Part shown: piece after piece, positions 1 to 10,300 of the stretch
Numbering within the stretch: the first letter of the stretch is position 1
Layout of the letters: each line of letters begins with the position of its first letter
Program-made: the position numbers and the translations under genes
The notes under the pieces: generated by a model
What the model was told of the DNA's origin: nothing
Database searches by the model: none
The model's input: the letters and a program-made list of their open reading frames with translations, nothing else
Source: a virus
Strand: one strand, 5' to 3'
IMG/VR virus record: IMGVR_UViG_3300045141_000199
Span: 25,774 to 89,773 of that record
Length of the DNA stretch: 64,000 nt

Positions 1-2
1 CT

Positions 3-836
3 GCTAGGACTACTGCTGGCGTCGTAGAGATTCCGGCTGGGTCGGGCGCGTACTACGTAAAAGTCCTAGCTCCAAACAAACCGGGTAGCTATGCCGTAGT
101 TTGGGACACTGGAGAAATCTCACCGGAAACGTCTGCGACGGACGTGCTGGTTGTCAACTCGACTGGTGTGGTGCCGCCGACTGTATCTGGCACTGGCAAT
201 CTAATCAGCCTTGAACAGCTTAGGATCGCCCATGGCATCCCAGCATCCACGATCGATCCCGAGCTAGATGCCAAATACGAACAGGCAATACGAGGCGCGA
301 GCGCGGCAATCCGAAGCTACACCGATCGTTCATTTGGTGTACCAACCAAAACTTCCACCAAGCTCTTCGAATATGACTCATCCGGCTTCATCGATATCGA
401 TGACGCTATGGAAGTCAAAACCGTAGCCTTCCGTTTTGGGGCACTTACGCTACCCTTAGACGAATTCTACTGGCGTCCCGAGCCCCAGGATGGCCCGCCA
501 TATGAGTACATGACAATCCCGCATTGGGCCGGCATCTACTCGCCGCAAATGGGGTTCCGTTACAACCTCGATGTGATATCTAGAGAACGTGGCTGGCCTG
601 GACTGATCCCGCTAATCGCAATCGAAGCGGTTTGGGGATGGCCGGAAATCCCTGCCGACGTAGAAGAGGCTGCCATCCTAACTGCGGCCGCTTTTGCTCA
701 AAAGCCAGACGCTTTCGTTGGTGAGTCGATCGAGAACTACTCTTACACGATGGGTACACGTTCGAGCCTGAAATCTGAGGCGATCCCCGACCGAGCCCGC
801 GATCTGTTGAACACGTTCGTAAGGTTCCAAATCTAA
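3..836 (+). CDS. head-tail adaptor/connector protein (5' partial; frame open from the window edge)
   Basis: Frame is open from nt 3. Contains 'AIRGASAAIRSYTDRSF', 'WGWPEIPADVEEAAIL' and 'ESIENYSYT...RDLLNTF', typical of gp6/gp15-like adaptors; lies upstream of the neck/tail genes. Confidence 0.75.
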   Translation, partial: ARTTAGVVEIPAGSGAYYVKVLAPNKPGSYAVVWDTGEISPETSATDVLVVNSTGVVPPTVSGTGNLISLEQLRIAHGIPASTIDPELDAKYEQAIRGASAAIRSYTDRSFGVPTKTSTKLFEYDSSGFIDIDDAMEVKTVAFRFGALTLPLDEFYWRPEPQDGPPYEYMTIPHWAGIYSPQMGFRYNLDVISRERGWPGLIPLIAIEAVWGWPEIPADVEEAAILTAAAFAQKPDAFVGESIENYSYTMGTRSSLKSEAIPDRARDLLNTFVRFQI

Positions 837-1279
837 TGAATGAGGGCAACGTAATCACGAAAATTACCACGCGCGACGAGTTCGGTCGCTTCACGGCGAT
901 GTGTAGTCATGCCGGCGAGGAGATGCTGAAGGAAATGGCCCATGATGGGGCCGAGCTATCGCGTGAGCTAGCACCAGTAAGCGGTAAGCCTGATCCACGT
1001 TCGGTAAGCGTGAAAGACGGCATTCGCTATTACGTTACTCACGACACGGCTAGCTGGACTAGCATAGCTCGCCATGCGATGGCTGTCGAGAAAGGCTCAA
1101 AAAGGCATCCACAGAGTGGTAATGTGGGCTTCTTTTGGGAGAAGGAAGGCCGCCGTTGGGGGCCAGGCGATAACATCATCGACCACCCTGCTACCGAGGC
1201 TAAACCGTATCTACGGCCGGCGTGGGAGATTATCATGGATCGTTGGGATGAGTATGCTCGGCGTCATTTCGGGGGCTAA
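836..1279 (+). CDS. HK97 gp10-like neck/tail completion protein
   Basis: 'RELAPV', 'AMAVEKGS' and 'HPATEAKPYLRPAW' motifs; TAATG coupling to the upstream gene. Confidence 0.7.
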   Translation: MNEGNVITKITTRDEFGRFTAMCSHAGEEMLKEMAHDGAELSRELAPVSGKPDPRSVSVKDGIRYYVTHDTASWTSIARHAMAVEKGSKRHPQSGNVGFFWEKEGRRWGPGDNIIDHPATEAKPYLRPAWEIIMDRWDEYARRHFGG

Positions 1280-1735
1280 ATGACTGTTACAGCCCCCGAG
1301 ACAGAAGCACGTCAGGCGCTAATTACGGCCGTCAAAGACGAGTTCACGCCCGAGAAACTGCCGGTGCTAGATGATCGTTTGCATGGTTCGCTGGGAGAAC
1401 AGGAACCTGTAGCCGGTTGTTTCCCCGATCATTCGACAGCGACGCGCGATCAAAAGCTAGTCAACGAGTATTTCATAACGGTTCAAGTCTTCTCTAGATG
1501 GGAGAAGATGGCAGACCGTGCTCAGACCGTTTCGCCCGCACTTATCGAGGAATGGGCCGAGCGTTTTCGTCGCTGCATACAGAAAGAAGGCGTTGATCCT
1601 CAAACCGGGCGTGTCTGGTACTTCGACCTTGAGATAATTCGTTATCGCCCTGATCCTACGGGCAATATTACGAGATTTGAAGCTACAGTTATCGCTCGGG
1701 GCAACAATAGTGCCTTAATTGAGACGATAGGCTAA
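1280..1735 (+). CDS. putative tail terminator
   Basis: 151 aa, between the neck gene and the major tail gene; call rests on synteny and size. Confidence 0.55.
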   Translation: MTVTAPETEARQALITAVKDEFTPEKLPVLDDRLHGSLGEQEPVAGCFPDHSTATRDQKLVNEYFITVQVFSRWEKMADRAQTVSPALIEEWAERFRRCIQKEGVDPQTGRVWYFDLEIIRYRPDPTGNITRFEATVIARGNNSALIETIG

Positions 1736-1768
1736 CTTTCTGTCGAGCCGCCGTCTAAAGTATATGGC

Positions 1769-2305
1769 ATGGCGAAGATTACTAAGTCTGCACATGCCCC
1801 TTCAGGCGACCTATTAGTTACAACGGCAGCGGGCGATTTCACAGTTTCAGATGGCGGTAGCTACGAAACTACCGATAAGGCTATTCTAGACAACGTTGGA
1901 GGCAATAACTTCCTCGTTGTCGAACTTGATAAAGCTGAAACTGCGCCAGCGGAAGAACTCAAAGGCGATCAGAATGACCCGCATGTAAACCCATCGGCTG
2001 ACCACCTTAGCTCTCTAGCTTCACCTGAGGCCGTAGCGGCCGCAGACGCTAACGAGAAAGCCATTAGGGACACGGTTTCCCCGGAAATTGAGGTTACACC
2101 AAACCCTACGGTAGCTGAAATTCAGGAAAGCTTCTTTGACAATGTGGGGATCAACGCCGATCCCGTAGCTCCAACAGAGAATGCTCCAGTTGAAGAAGCC
2201 CCTAAAGCCGAAGAACCACCAGTAGAAGAAGCCCCTAAAGCCGAAGAACCACCAGTAGAACCAGCGCCGGTAGTCCCGGCTGAACCTTCAGGAGAAGAAC
2301 ACTAA
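1769..2305 (+). CDS. acidic Pro/Glu-rich hypothetical (virion-associated?) protein
   Basis: 178-aa ORF with a PVEEAPKAEEP repeat; TAAAGT 7 nt upstream of ATG (leaderless-type). Confidence 0.6.
   Translation: MAKITKSAHAPSGDLLVTTAAGDFTVSDGGSYETTDKAILDNVGGNNFLVVELDKAETAPAEELKGDQNDPHVNPSADHLSSLASPEAVAAADANEKAIRDTVSPEIEVTPNPTVAEIQESFFDNVGINADPVAPTENAPVEEAPKAEEPPVEEAPKAEEPPVEPAPVVPAEPSGEEH
2186..2260 (+). repeat. 33-bp coding tandem repeat (2 copies plus partial), PVEEAPKAEEP
   Basis: ccagt(t/a)gaagaagcccctaaagccgaagaacca is directly repeated. Confidence 0.9.
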
Positions 2306-3304
2306 ATGGCCGGAAAGCGCGGAAATACAGGTTGGATCATGTTCGGCCGCCAGTCGGCTAAGGGCACCCCCGCAACCCTCTCATTGATTGCGGAAGAAGA
2401 AAAACAGCCAGTTATTCGCTCGCCTTTCGCGGGCGGATCAATTGACCCTAGCCGTGAGTTCGGAGAGCTTGCGGAGACAGACTCCAACCGCGATAAAGGC
2501 CAGTCATACGTGAAAACAGGCGGCGTGGCTGGATCGCCTGAGATTTACGTGCGTGACGCGAGCATTGGAGCGCTCCTCTACTTCACCCTAGGTACCGACA
2601 CCGTTTCAGGTACAGCCGGCAAACGAGTTCATACGGTCACGCCAGCTAACAACATTCCTTACGTTACATTTTGGGATAACGTAGCCGACACTCTTTTCGA
2701 GCGTCACGTTGATTGCTTCATCGACTCTCTAAACATCAAAGCTACGGCTGGCTCACCTTTGACGGCAACGGCCGCGATCAAAGGTCTGACAACCACCCGC
2801 TCTGAAACAGACTTCAACGCTACAGCGAAAGTACCGCTTCAGGCCGGCTACGTTTATAACTACAACGATGCAACGGTCGAATTATCTGGTGGTGCTACAG
2901 CACTCATCGGAAGTTTCGAGATCGTAATCGAGAACAGCGTTACAGCGCAGCAGACTGACGATGTTCAGCCGATTGATGTTGTGGCTGGTAAACGAGCAGT
3001 TAGCCTGACGTTCGATATCATCTTCGAAACCCTAGCTGAGTACAACAAGTTCCACTATGGTGAAGCGGCCGGAACTACGATTTCTAACGCTCTTTACACC
3101 ACATCGGCTAACTTCTCATTCTCACATGGCGCTGATAACGGAGTCTCATTCGCACTGCCAAGCATTGCTTACGAGACATTCCCAATCACCCCCGACCCAG
3201 GCGGCGCACCGATCGTATCTAGCGTTCGTGCTGTTGCTCAGCGTCCGGCCGAAGGCTCGAATGTTCTGACTTCGGTAGTAAAAAATCAAGTAGAAAAATA
3301 CTAA
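2306..3304 (+). CDS. major tail (tube) protein
   Basis: 332 aa beta-rich protein ('RQSAKGTPAT', 'HTVTPAN', 'GKRAVSLTFDIIF') before the chaperone and tape measure genes. Confidence 0.85.
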   Translation: MAGKRGNTGWIMFGRQSAKGTPATLSLIAEEEKQPVIRSPFAGGSIDPSREFGELAETDSNRDKGQSYVKTGGVAGSPEIYVRDASIGALLYFTLGTDTVSGTAGKRVHTVTPANNIPYVTFWDNVADTLFERHVDCFIDSLNIKATAGSPLTATAAIKGLTTTRSETDFNATAKVPLQAGYVYNYNDATVELSGGATALIGSFEIVIENSVTAQQTDDVQPIDVVAGKRAVSLTFDIIFETLAEYNKFHYGEAAGTTISNALYTTSANFSFSHGADNGVSFALPSIAYETFPITPDPGGAPIVSSVRAVAQRPAEGSNVLTSVVKNQVEKY

Positions 3305-3334
3305 GACAGTTGTCTACAAAAAGGAAATTCTTTA

Positions 3335-3526
3335 ATGGCTAAGACTTCATACCAGACAAGCCCAGGCGCGATTCGTTCGCCCTCATTCAAAGCTAACCCG
3401 CTATCACCGCTAACTGTAGTGAGCCAGGGGAAGGTTTCTAAGCCTGTCCCTGTTCCAATCGGTAAGTACGGCCCTAAAGCCGTTCCGGGCACTGTAAAGG
3501 CCCCGGGCGCCAGCGGTACTATCTAA
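3335..3526 (+). CDS. small basic hypothetical protein
   Basis: 63-aa ORF with AAAGGA RBS, followed by a terminator. Confidence 0.55.
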   Translation: MAKTSYQTSPGAIRSPSFKANPLSPLTVVSQGKVSKPVPVPIGKYGPKAVPGTVKAPGASGTI

Positions 3527-3547
3527 ACCACTCCCTAATCGACCCTT

Positions 3548-3586
3548 AGAAGCCTGCTAGGCCCCCCTAGCGGGCTTCTTTTATTT
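3548..3586 (+). terminator. intrinsic terminator
   Basis: AGAAGCCTGCTAGG-CCC-CCTAGCGGGCTTCT stem followed by TTTATTT. Confidence 0.75.
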
Positions 3587-3615
3587 ATGACGAGGGTTTC
3601 ACTAGGATTAATTGA

Positions 3616-3789
3616 ATGGAACCTGACCACGGCCTACAGGCGCAGGTCGATTTAGCGCTAGCAAACAGCAAGCGGGTCGCCCGCGAGGCGCGTATAGTAG
3701 TGAAAGACCTCGCGAGAATTCGCGACACAATCAACGAGCTACAGTCCAAGGAGGACATAAGCGATGACAGCACAGAACGACACAGCTAA
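3616..3789 (+). CDS. small coiled-coil hypothetical protein (57 aa, not in ORF track)
   Basis: MEPDHGLQAQVDLALANSKRVAREARIVVKDLARIRDTINELQ...; TAGGAT 7 nt upstream of ATG. Confidence 0.4.
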   Translation: MEPDHGLQAQVDLALANSKRVAREARIVVKDLARIRDTINELQSKEDISDDSTERHS

Positions 3790-4222
3790 CAGTAAGGTCG
3801 CCTCCCTAGCGAAGTGGAAGGCCGCGAAGACCCACACGATTACATTACCGTCAAACACGGTAGTCGAGATCGAGATTCCCGATTTGCCTAACTTAGTGAA
3901 GACGGGAACGATTCCTAACGAGCTGATCGATGTAGCGATCGGCGTTGCTCAGGGTAAGCAGATTACCAAGCAGGATATCGAGCAGCAGGCCGATTTCTAT
4001 AACAAGCTATGTGCTATTACGGTGAAGGCGCCGGCCGTCTCAGAGGAGGATTTCGCCGCGGGCGCTATTCCGTTTGAGGATAAGGAGATGATCGTAGAGA
4101 TTGCTACACGCCAACGCGATCTCGATGCGGTCGGACACCACTTAGCAGGACTGGAGAAAGTGAAGGATTGGCGCACCTTTCGTGGCCTCTCCCTCGGCTA
4201 CCCGGATGATGAGAGTTTGTAA
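3764..4222 (+). CDS. tail assembly chaperone (gpG-like)
   Basis: 152 aa between the major tail and tape measure genes; AAGGAGG RBS. Confidence 0.75.
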   Translation: MTAQNDTANSKVASLAKWKAAKTHTITLPSNTVVEIEIPDLPNLVKTGTIPNELIDVAIGVAQGKQITKQDIEQQADFYNKLCAITVKAPAVSEEDFAAGAIPFEDKEMIVEIATRQRDLDAVGHHLAGLEKVKDWRTFRGLSLGYPDDESL

Positions 4223-4394
4223 GGAGTCCAAAAGACCATTTCCTCAGATGTCGGATGACGATGTAATCGATTATCTGATAACTGAGGCGGTAACCTTCAA
4301 GATGCTCAAAGAGCAACAGGAAGCCGAAAAGAAAGCAGAAGTTGACGAGTGGAAGCATGATATGGGTAGTTTAAGAGAGCGACTAGGACAGTAA
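4182..4394 (+). CDS. tail assembly chaperone C-terminal extension (gpT-like), probably reached by frameshift
   Basis: Overlapping +1-frame ORF ending immediately before the tape measure ATG; no obvious RBS. Confidence 0.6.
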   Translation: MASPSATRMMRVCKESKRPFPQMSDDDVIDYLITEAVTFKMLKEQQEAEKKAEVDEWKHDMGSLRERLGQ

Positions 4395-7300
4395 ATGCCA
4401 GAGAGGTTAGCGACCGGCGAGGTAGTAATCAACCTCAGAGATGAGGCGTTGATTGCTGGCCTCGACCGGGCGCAAGCCAAGTACCACGCCACGATGGCGG
4501 CCCTTGATCGCGAGGAGGCGAAGATCAGGGTCGATCTCGATAGCAAAGGCTTCGATGATGGAATCAAGAAGCTGCGCGCTGAAAAGAAGGCTATTGAGAG
4601 TGAACTCCTAAGCATCCACCCCGACCAGTCAGACTCCAAGAAAATATCGGCGTTGATGAAGGAAGACCTTCGGACGCTAGAGGCGGAGCTGAAAAACCTT
4701 GAGTCACAAAAGTTACAGAACGATCGCATTATTGGCGCTCGACGCGAATTGTTACAGATCGATGCCTTTCAGGCTAACCAGTCACAAAAGCGCTTCGAAA
4801 CTGATAACAAGCTCCTAACCGATCGGCTACGGCTAGAAAAGCAGCAGGCCGCGCAGCGCGCGAATGAACAACGCGAACTGTACCAACTAAAACTGCCGGG
4901 TGAACGCGCCGAGGAGGAGCGCCGCCGCCGCGAGGTAACGTCTGACCGTGACCACGCGGCCGCCCTACGCGAGGCGGCCAGGCTCCGCGATCAGTTTGCT
5001 AAAAAGACTGACGAGATCGAGAAACGCGAACGCACGAAAACAGGCTTTATAGATTTCCTAAGCCGTGAGGAGAAAGTCAAAGTCGATCTTGATACTGGCG
5101 CTGCCCGCGCTGATCTAAAGCTACTCGAAGAGGAGATGAAGCTAAAAGGCATCGATATCCCTGCACACATCAAGGTCGATGAACGTGACATCAAAGACTT
5201 CTTCCTGAACCTGCCTAACAAGCTGAAAGCAGCCACAGGCTCGGGCTTCCGGGTACCGCTGCCATTCACTAGCTTACGAGCGCCCGCAGGAGCCCTAGCC
5301 GCGGCCGCACCATTGCTAGCGTCCGTAGCTGGTGGGATTACGAGTCTCGCTGGGGTTACTGGTGCTGGTGCCCTTGGCGCAGGCGCGGTAGGTGGTGGCG
5401 TGCTAGGAGGGCTCGTAGGTAACTTTGCAGGAATAGCGGCCGCAATTGTTCCAGTCAAGAAAGAAATGGAACAGCTTACGAAATCGACTGAAAAGTACGA
5501 AAAAGCTGTCAAGGAATACGGGAAGGGCTCAAAACAGGCTGTCATTGCGCAGGCTGAGCTAAACGAAGTTCTTCGCCATACTCCTAAATTACTGGTTGAA
5601 GGTCAACGCCAGTGGGAGGAAGTAAGCGACAAATTTATCAAAGACACAAGCGGTATACGTGACGCACTCGGGCGAGTAATCTCTGATGCAGCCAAAGCCG
5701 GCAAGGAGCTTGAGCCAATCGCGGCCAAGAACTCAACGGCGACTGCGAATATCCTCGCCGCCGGCTTTGGTCGATTCAGCCGTAACCTCAGCTCTCCTAA
5801 GGAAGCTGAAGGTCTAGATCAGCTAGGCAAATCTGCCAACGACTTCCTAAAGCCAGCACTAGAAGGCGTTGAAGGGTTTACTAAAGCACTGCTTCACATC
5901 GGAGAGTCGGCCGCCAGGCTGTTTGGTGGCCCGCTAGGCAAATGGATACAAGACCTTGGCCAAGATTTCGAAAAAGCCACGAAGCCGGGCAATAAACTTG
6001 ATGAAAAAATCAGAATTCTCGGTAAAGACGCTCAGGATGTAGGCAAGTTCTTCATCGCGTTTGGCAAAGTCATTACGACCGCGCTTGGCCTAGCAGCCCC
6101 TCAGGGAGACAAGCTAGCCAACACCATGACCGGCGCGCTTACACGCTGGGATAGCAAGCTCAAAGACGATCAAGGGCGCAAAGGCTTCCAGACATTTATC
6201 CGCGAGTCAGATGAAGCACTTGAAAAATTAGGCCCCGTCCTTGAGGCCGTGCTGAAGCTGTTTGGCTCATGGGCTATTGGACTGTTGCCGGCCGTCAAGA
6301 CCGTAACTGAATTCTTCAAAGGCGTTACAGACGTAGTAAACGGGCTCGGCAAACTGCTCGGACTACAATCAGGCGTTCAGTCTCTAGGTGTGCTGATCGG
6401 GGTGCTATTCGCCGCTAACAAGGCTTTAGCATTCGCGGCCGCATTGAGCAAGGTATACGCGATTATGAAGGGCATGGCTGCTCTTGGCGCGGCAGGCGAT
6501 CTTACGGGCGCGCTGCAATTGCCGCTCGCTACCCGAGCCGGTGGCGCGGCCGCTAAAAAAGCTGAGGAAGACGCTGCTAAAGCTGTCGAGCAGAAAGGCG
6601 GCGGCAGTCTCCTAGCGAAGCTACTTGCCGGCGGCGCGGGCGCGGCTGGCGGAGGGATCGGAATCCGCGGCATCCTAGCGGCGCTTGGTAGCAGCGGCGC
6701 AGTCGTCGGTGGCGGTCTAGCACTAGGAGCGCTCGGGCTCCAACAGGTTACACATCTTGGCCCTAAAGGCATAGAGTTCGGCGCCGATACCGGCGGCTCT
6801 CCTCCTAGACATGCTGGGGAAGAACTTCACAAATTCCACGAAGCGTCGAAGTTGGCAGCTCAGGGTACCGGCGAACTCACCGGGCAGGTTCTCCAGTCTA
6901 ACCTTACCTTCCACCAGGCCGAGCTAAGCGTCTCACGCGCCCGCGAAGCAATACACCTAGCTAAGCCAGGAACGGTTGAATACAAGGAAGCGATCCTTGC
7001 TTACAAGTCGGCCGTGTTACAGGCTAACGAAGCCGAGCGCCAGCGCGCGACGATTATTAGGGAAATCAAGGCCGATAGTTCCGCTGGGGTTTCCGCAGTA
7101 AGAGCCCGTAAGAAGGTATTAGAAGAATCGATCGCTGCGTCTAAGAACGCCTTTGCTGATCCTGAAAAGGAAGACCCGACATTCAACAAACGAGAAAAGG
7201 AACGCGCCGAAGCTGCTAAAGAACTTGTTGAATTGCTCAACAAGCAGGAAGTGGCGATCCTGAACATCAAGCGGGCCTACAAAAACCTTGAACCAATTAC

Positions 7301-10300
7301 CGAACCTGAAGGAGTCAATGCGCTAGGTAGCTTGGCTCGTAAGCCTGGTGGTCAGCCTCTTGCGCAGAAAATCGCTCTTCAATTTCCTAACCCGGTCGAT
7401 GCTGTCAAGGTTGCAAAAGGTGCGTTAGACGCCATCAATAGAGGCACGCCGATGAAGGTCGTGGTCAAGGCGGTTGGTGACACCAAGTCAGCCCACGATG
7501 CCCTGGCACAACTAGCGAGCGCAGCAAAAACAAACACAGATAAGATTAATGATGTAGTACGTAATGCTCTGAAACTCACCAAAAAGCTGTTCCACGATGG
7601 AGCGGGCAACGCAGTAAGTGCGTTCATGGGAGGCTTCCAGGGCTTTGTAGGAGGCTACAAAGGTATCTGGACAGGCATGGAAAATGTCACCAGAACTGCA
7701 TTGAAGAACATCAATAAGGTTCTACTTCAAGAACTGAAGGTGCTCAATGGTGGTAAGGTTCCTACGCTCGCTGAAGGTGGCCCTCCTCTTGCTCCAGGAG
7801 TCGAGAAACAGCTTCAGAGTGAAAAGGGCCATGCAGCCAAAGGCTTGATTCAGTACGGACGTGCAGGAGATAAAGGCGGCGACAATATTGCTACTCGAAT
7901 GGTCGTTGGTTCGGGCGAGGTTGGCGCTGTATTTACCGGGCACCAGCAGAAGGTAGCTAACGAGTATCTAGCTCCTATCGGCGGACTGTCCGGGCTGTTC
8001 AAAAACGTCAACAAGCCGCACTACCAGATGGCGTCCGGCGGCCTGATCCACGCTGCTACCGGATATTCAGAATCCTACGGCGGCCGTAAATTCAGTAAAC
8101 CAGAGCTAGAACGCCTATGGGATCGAGCCGGCGGTAATCCTGGACAAGCACATCTTATGGCCGCGATTGCTCTAGCCGAGAGCAAAGGCTACTCAGGCGC
8201 TTCTAACACTGCGGGCGCGCATGGACTGTGGCAGATCAAAGGCAACCCATTCCCAGGCAATGAGTTCGACCCCTTAACCAATGCGCGTATGGCTGTAAGC
8301 AAGCTCAAGAGCCAAGGGCTAGGAGCATGGGAAGTTTATACCAACGGCTCGTATAGACAGTATCTCGATAGCAAGTCCGCCGCAGCAGTAGGGGCGGCTG
8401 CCGGTGGCCCAGGCGGAGCTGGACATCCATTCAAACCAATTCCTAAGCAGAAGATTCCGCTTCATGGTCTAGTGGGGGCGGTTGTTACGGCCGGCGTTGA
8501 AAGAGTACGTAAGGCTGCAAACAAGACGCTAAAGAAATTTGCCAATTCGCTTGGCGGGGAAGGCCCAGGTGGGCTGTTTAGCGGGCCTACACCAGCCGGC
8601 ACAAGCATCCCTAACACAGCTTGGAACCCTAGTCACAAGCCGATTGCTAACTGGATCGTGCCGATCCTGCGTTGGGCGGCCGCGCACGGTTGGCGAGGAT
8701 CGGTTTCCAGCGGTTACCGTAGTTTCGCAGAACAAGCGCAGATTAACGCCGAAGGTAAGTTCTCGGCGGCCGCAGGATCGTCTAACCATGAGTTTGCTAA
8801 CTACCCCGGTGGCGCCGTCGATGTCTCCGATGACTATGGTCTAGAACGGGTACTGAGCCGTTACCCTCGTTCGCCTAAGCTAATCGGTCATAAGCTAGGT
8901 GCTATCGATCCTGAGCACTTTAGCGCCACGGGTAAAGCCCGAGGCGGACTTGTCAAGCGTCCGGCCTTACTGGTCGGAGAGCATGAGCATGAGTGGGTAA
9001 TCAATCCTCATCGCGCAGATAACCACGCGTATCTCAAAGAAGCCGGCGAAGAAATGGGCTATCACGTTACGCCGGCTAAGAAGGGTAAGCCAAGCTTCTC
9101 CAAGACCTTCAAAGCCAAAGGCAAAATTCCTGATACAAGCTGGGCTAACCTGCGAGCTATCCCGGCCGAGTTGATTAAAAAGCCCCTTGAAGAAGTCGAA
9201 GCTAACCTCAAGGCCGAGAAGGCGGCCTATCACAAACTAGAGGTTAAACGCGATAAGGCAATCGACGCTCTAAAGGACAGCAAAGACTCGGCCGCAAGAT
9301 CACTAGCCAAGACACTAGCCAGCGGCAATGAAACCGTGCAGCACGCGAGGAGCCGTGCCGGCAAAGCGGAATCTAAAGCTACCGAATACTACGTTGCACC
9401 AGGCATGCCTAACCCAGCGAAAAAAACTGCCGAAGGCGCGGCTGAAGGTGTAAGCAGTGCAGAGCGAGCCCGTGATCGTAAAGTGCGCCAGGCAGAGGCG
9501 TCAGCTAAGGGCAAAATCGGCAAGGCTGAAAAGAAACTGAAGGAGATCGAGAAGGGACTTAAAGTCACCAAAGACGGTGGAGTGTTCGAACACACTCAGT
9601 ACATTCCTTGGCGCGTTCTTGAACGCCAGCAGCACAAGGGTCGCGAAGCTGTAGCTGCCTTGGAAGCTAAAGAAGCTCAAGTTACTAATCTCAACAAAAC
9701 GATCGGCTCAGAGACTCACTTGCTGAATATCCTTCAGGGCCGCTATGGACACAAGGGCTCAGACAAGAAAGCGATCGAAGGCGAATGGAACAAGACGTTC
9801 GGCGTCCGCCAAGGCAACATCGAAGAACTGAAGAAAATCATCAAAGACTCCGAAGGCAAGGCGAAGTCATTTGAGAAACTTCACCCATCCGCGGCCATCC
9901 ACGCCTTCCTTGAAGGAGTAGCGGGCGAACTCGAAGGCATTGAAGATAAAGAATCTGAAGCAGAGGGCCAACAGGAAGTATTTAGCGAAGCCTCTAAAAC
10001 AAAAACCGAAGCTCCGACTGGTGAACAATTTGCTGAATCGCAGGGCATGCTCGCCAGCATCAAGGAAGCAGAAGAGCGCTACGCGCTATCGCAGGCCGCC
10101 GCTCGACCAGACGACCCCAACACTCCTCAGAACGAGGAACTGCCGTACCTGAAGAAAGAGCTGGTGCCGGCCTCAGACATCAAGGGTCTATGGGAAGGCG
10201 CGCTCGAACAGGCTCAGCGCCTACAGGAGCCTGTAAGCACGATTACTGAACTTGCGAACACCGTAACAGGCGCTCGCAGCACAGTCTTTGGTCTAGAACA

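Noticed and set aside
4164-4222. Canonical -1 slippery heptamer for the tail chaperone
   Set aside because: The downstream ORF is in the +1 frame and no XXXYYYZ heptamer is present in the overlap.
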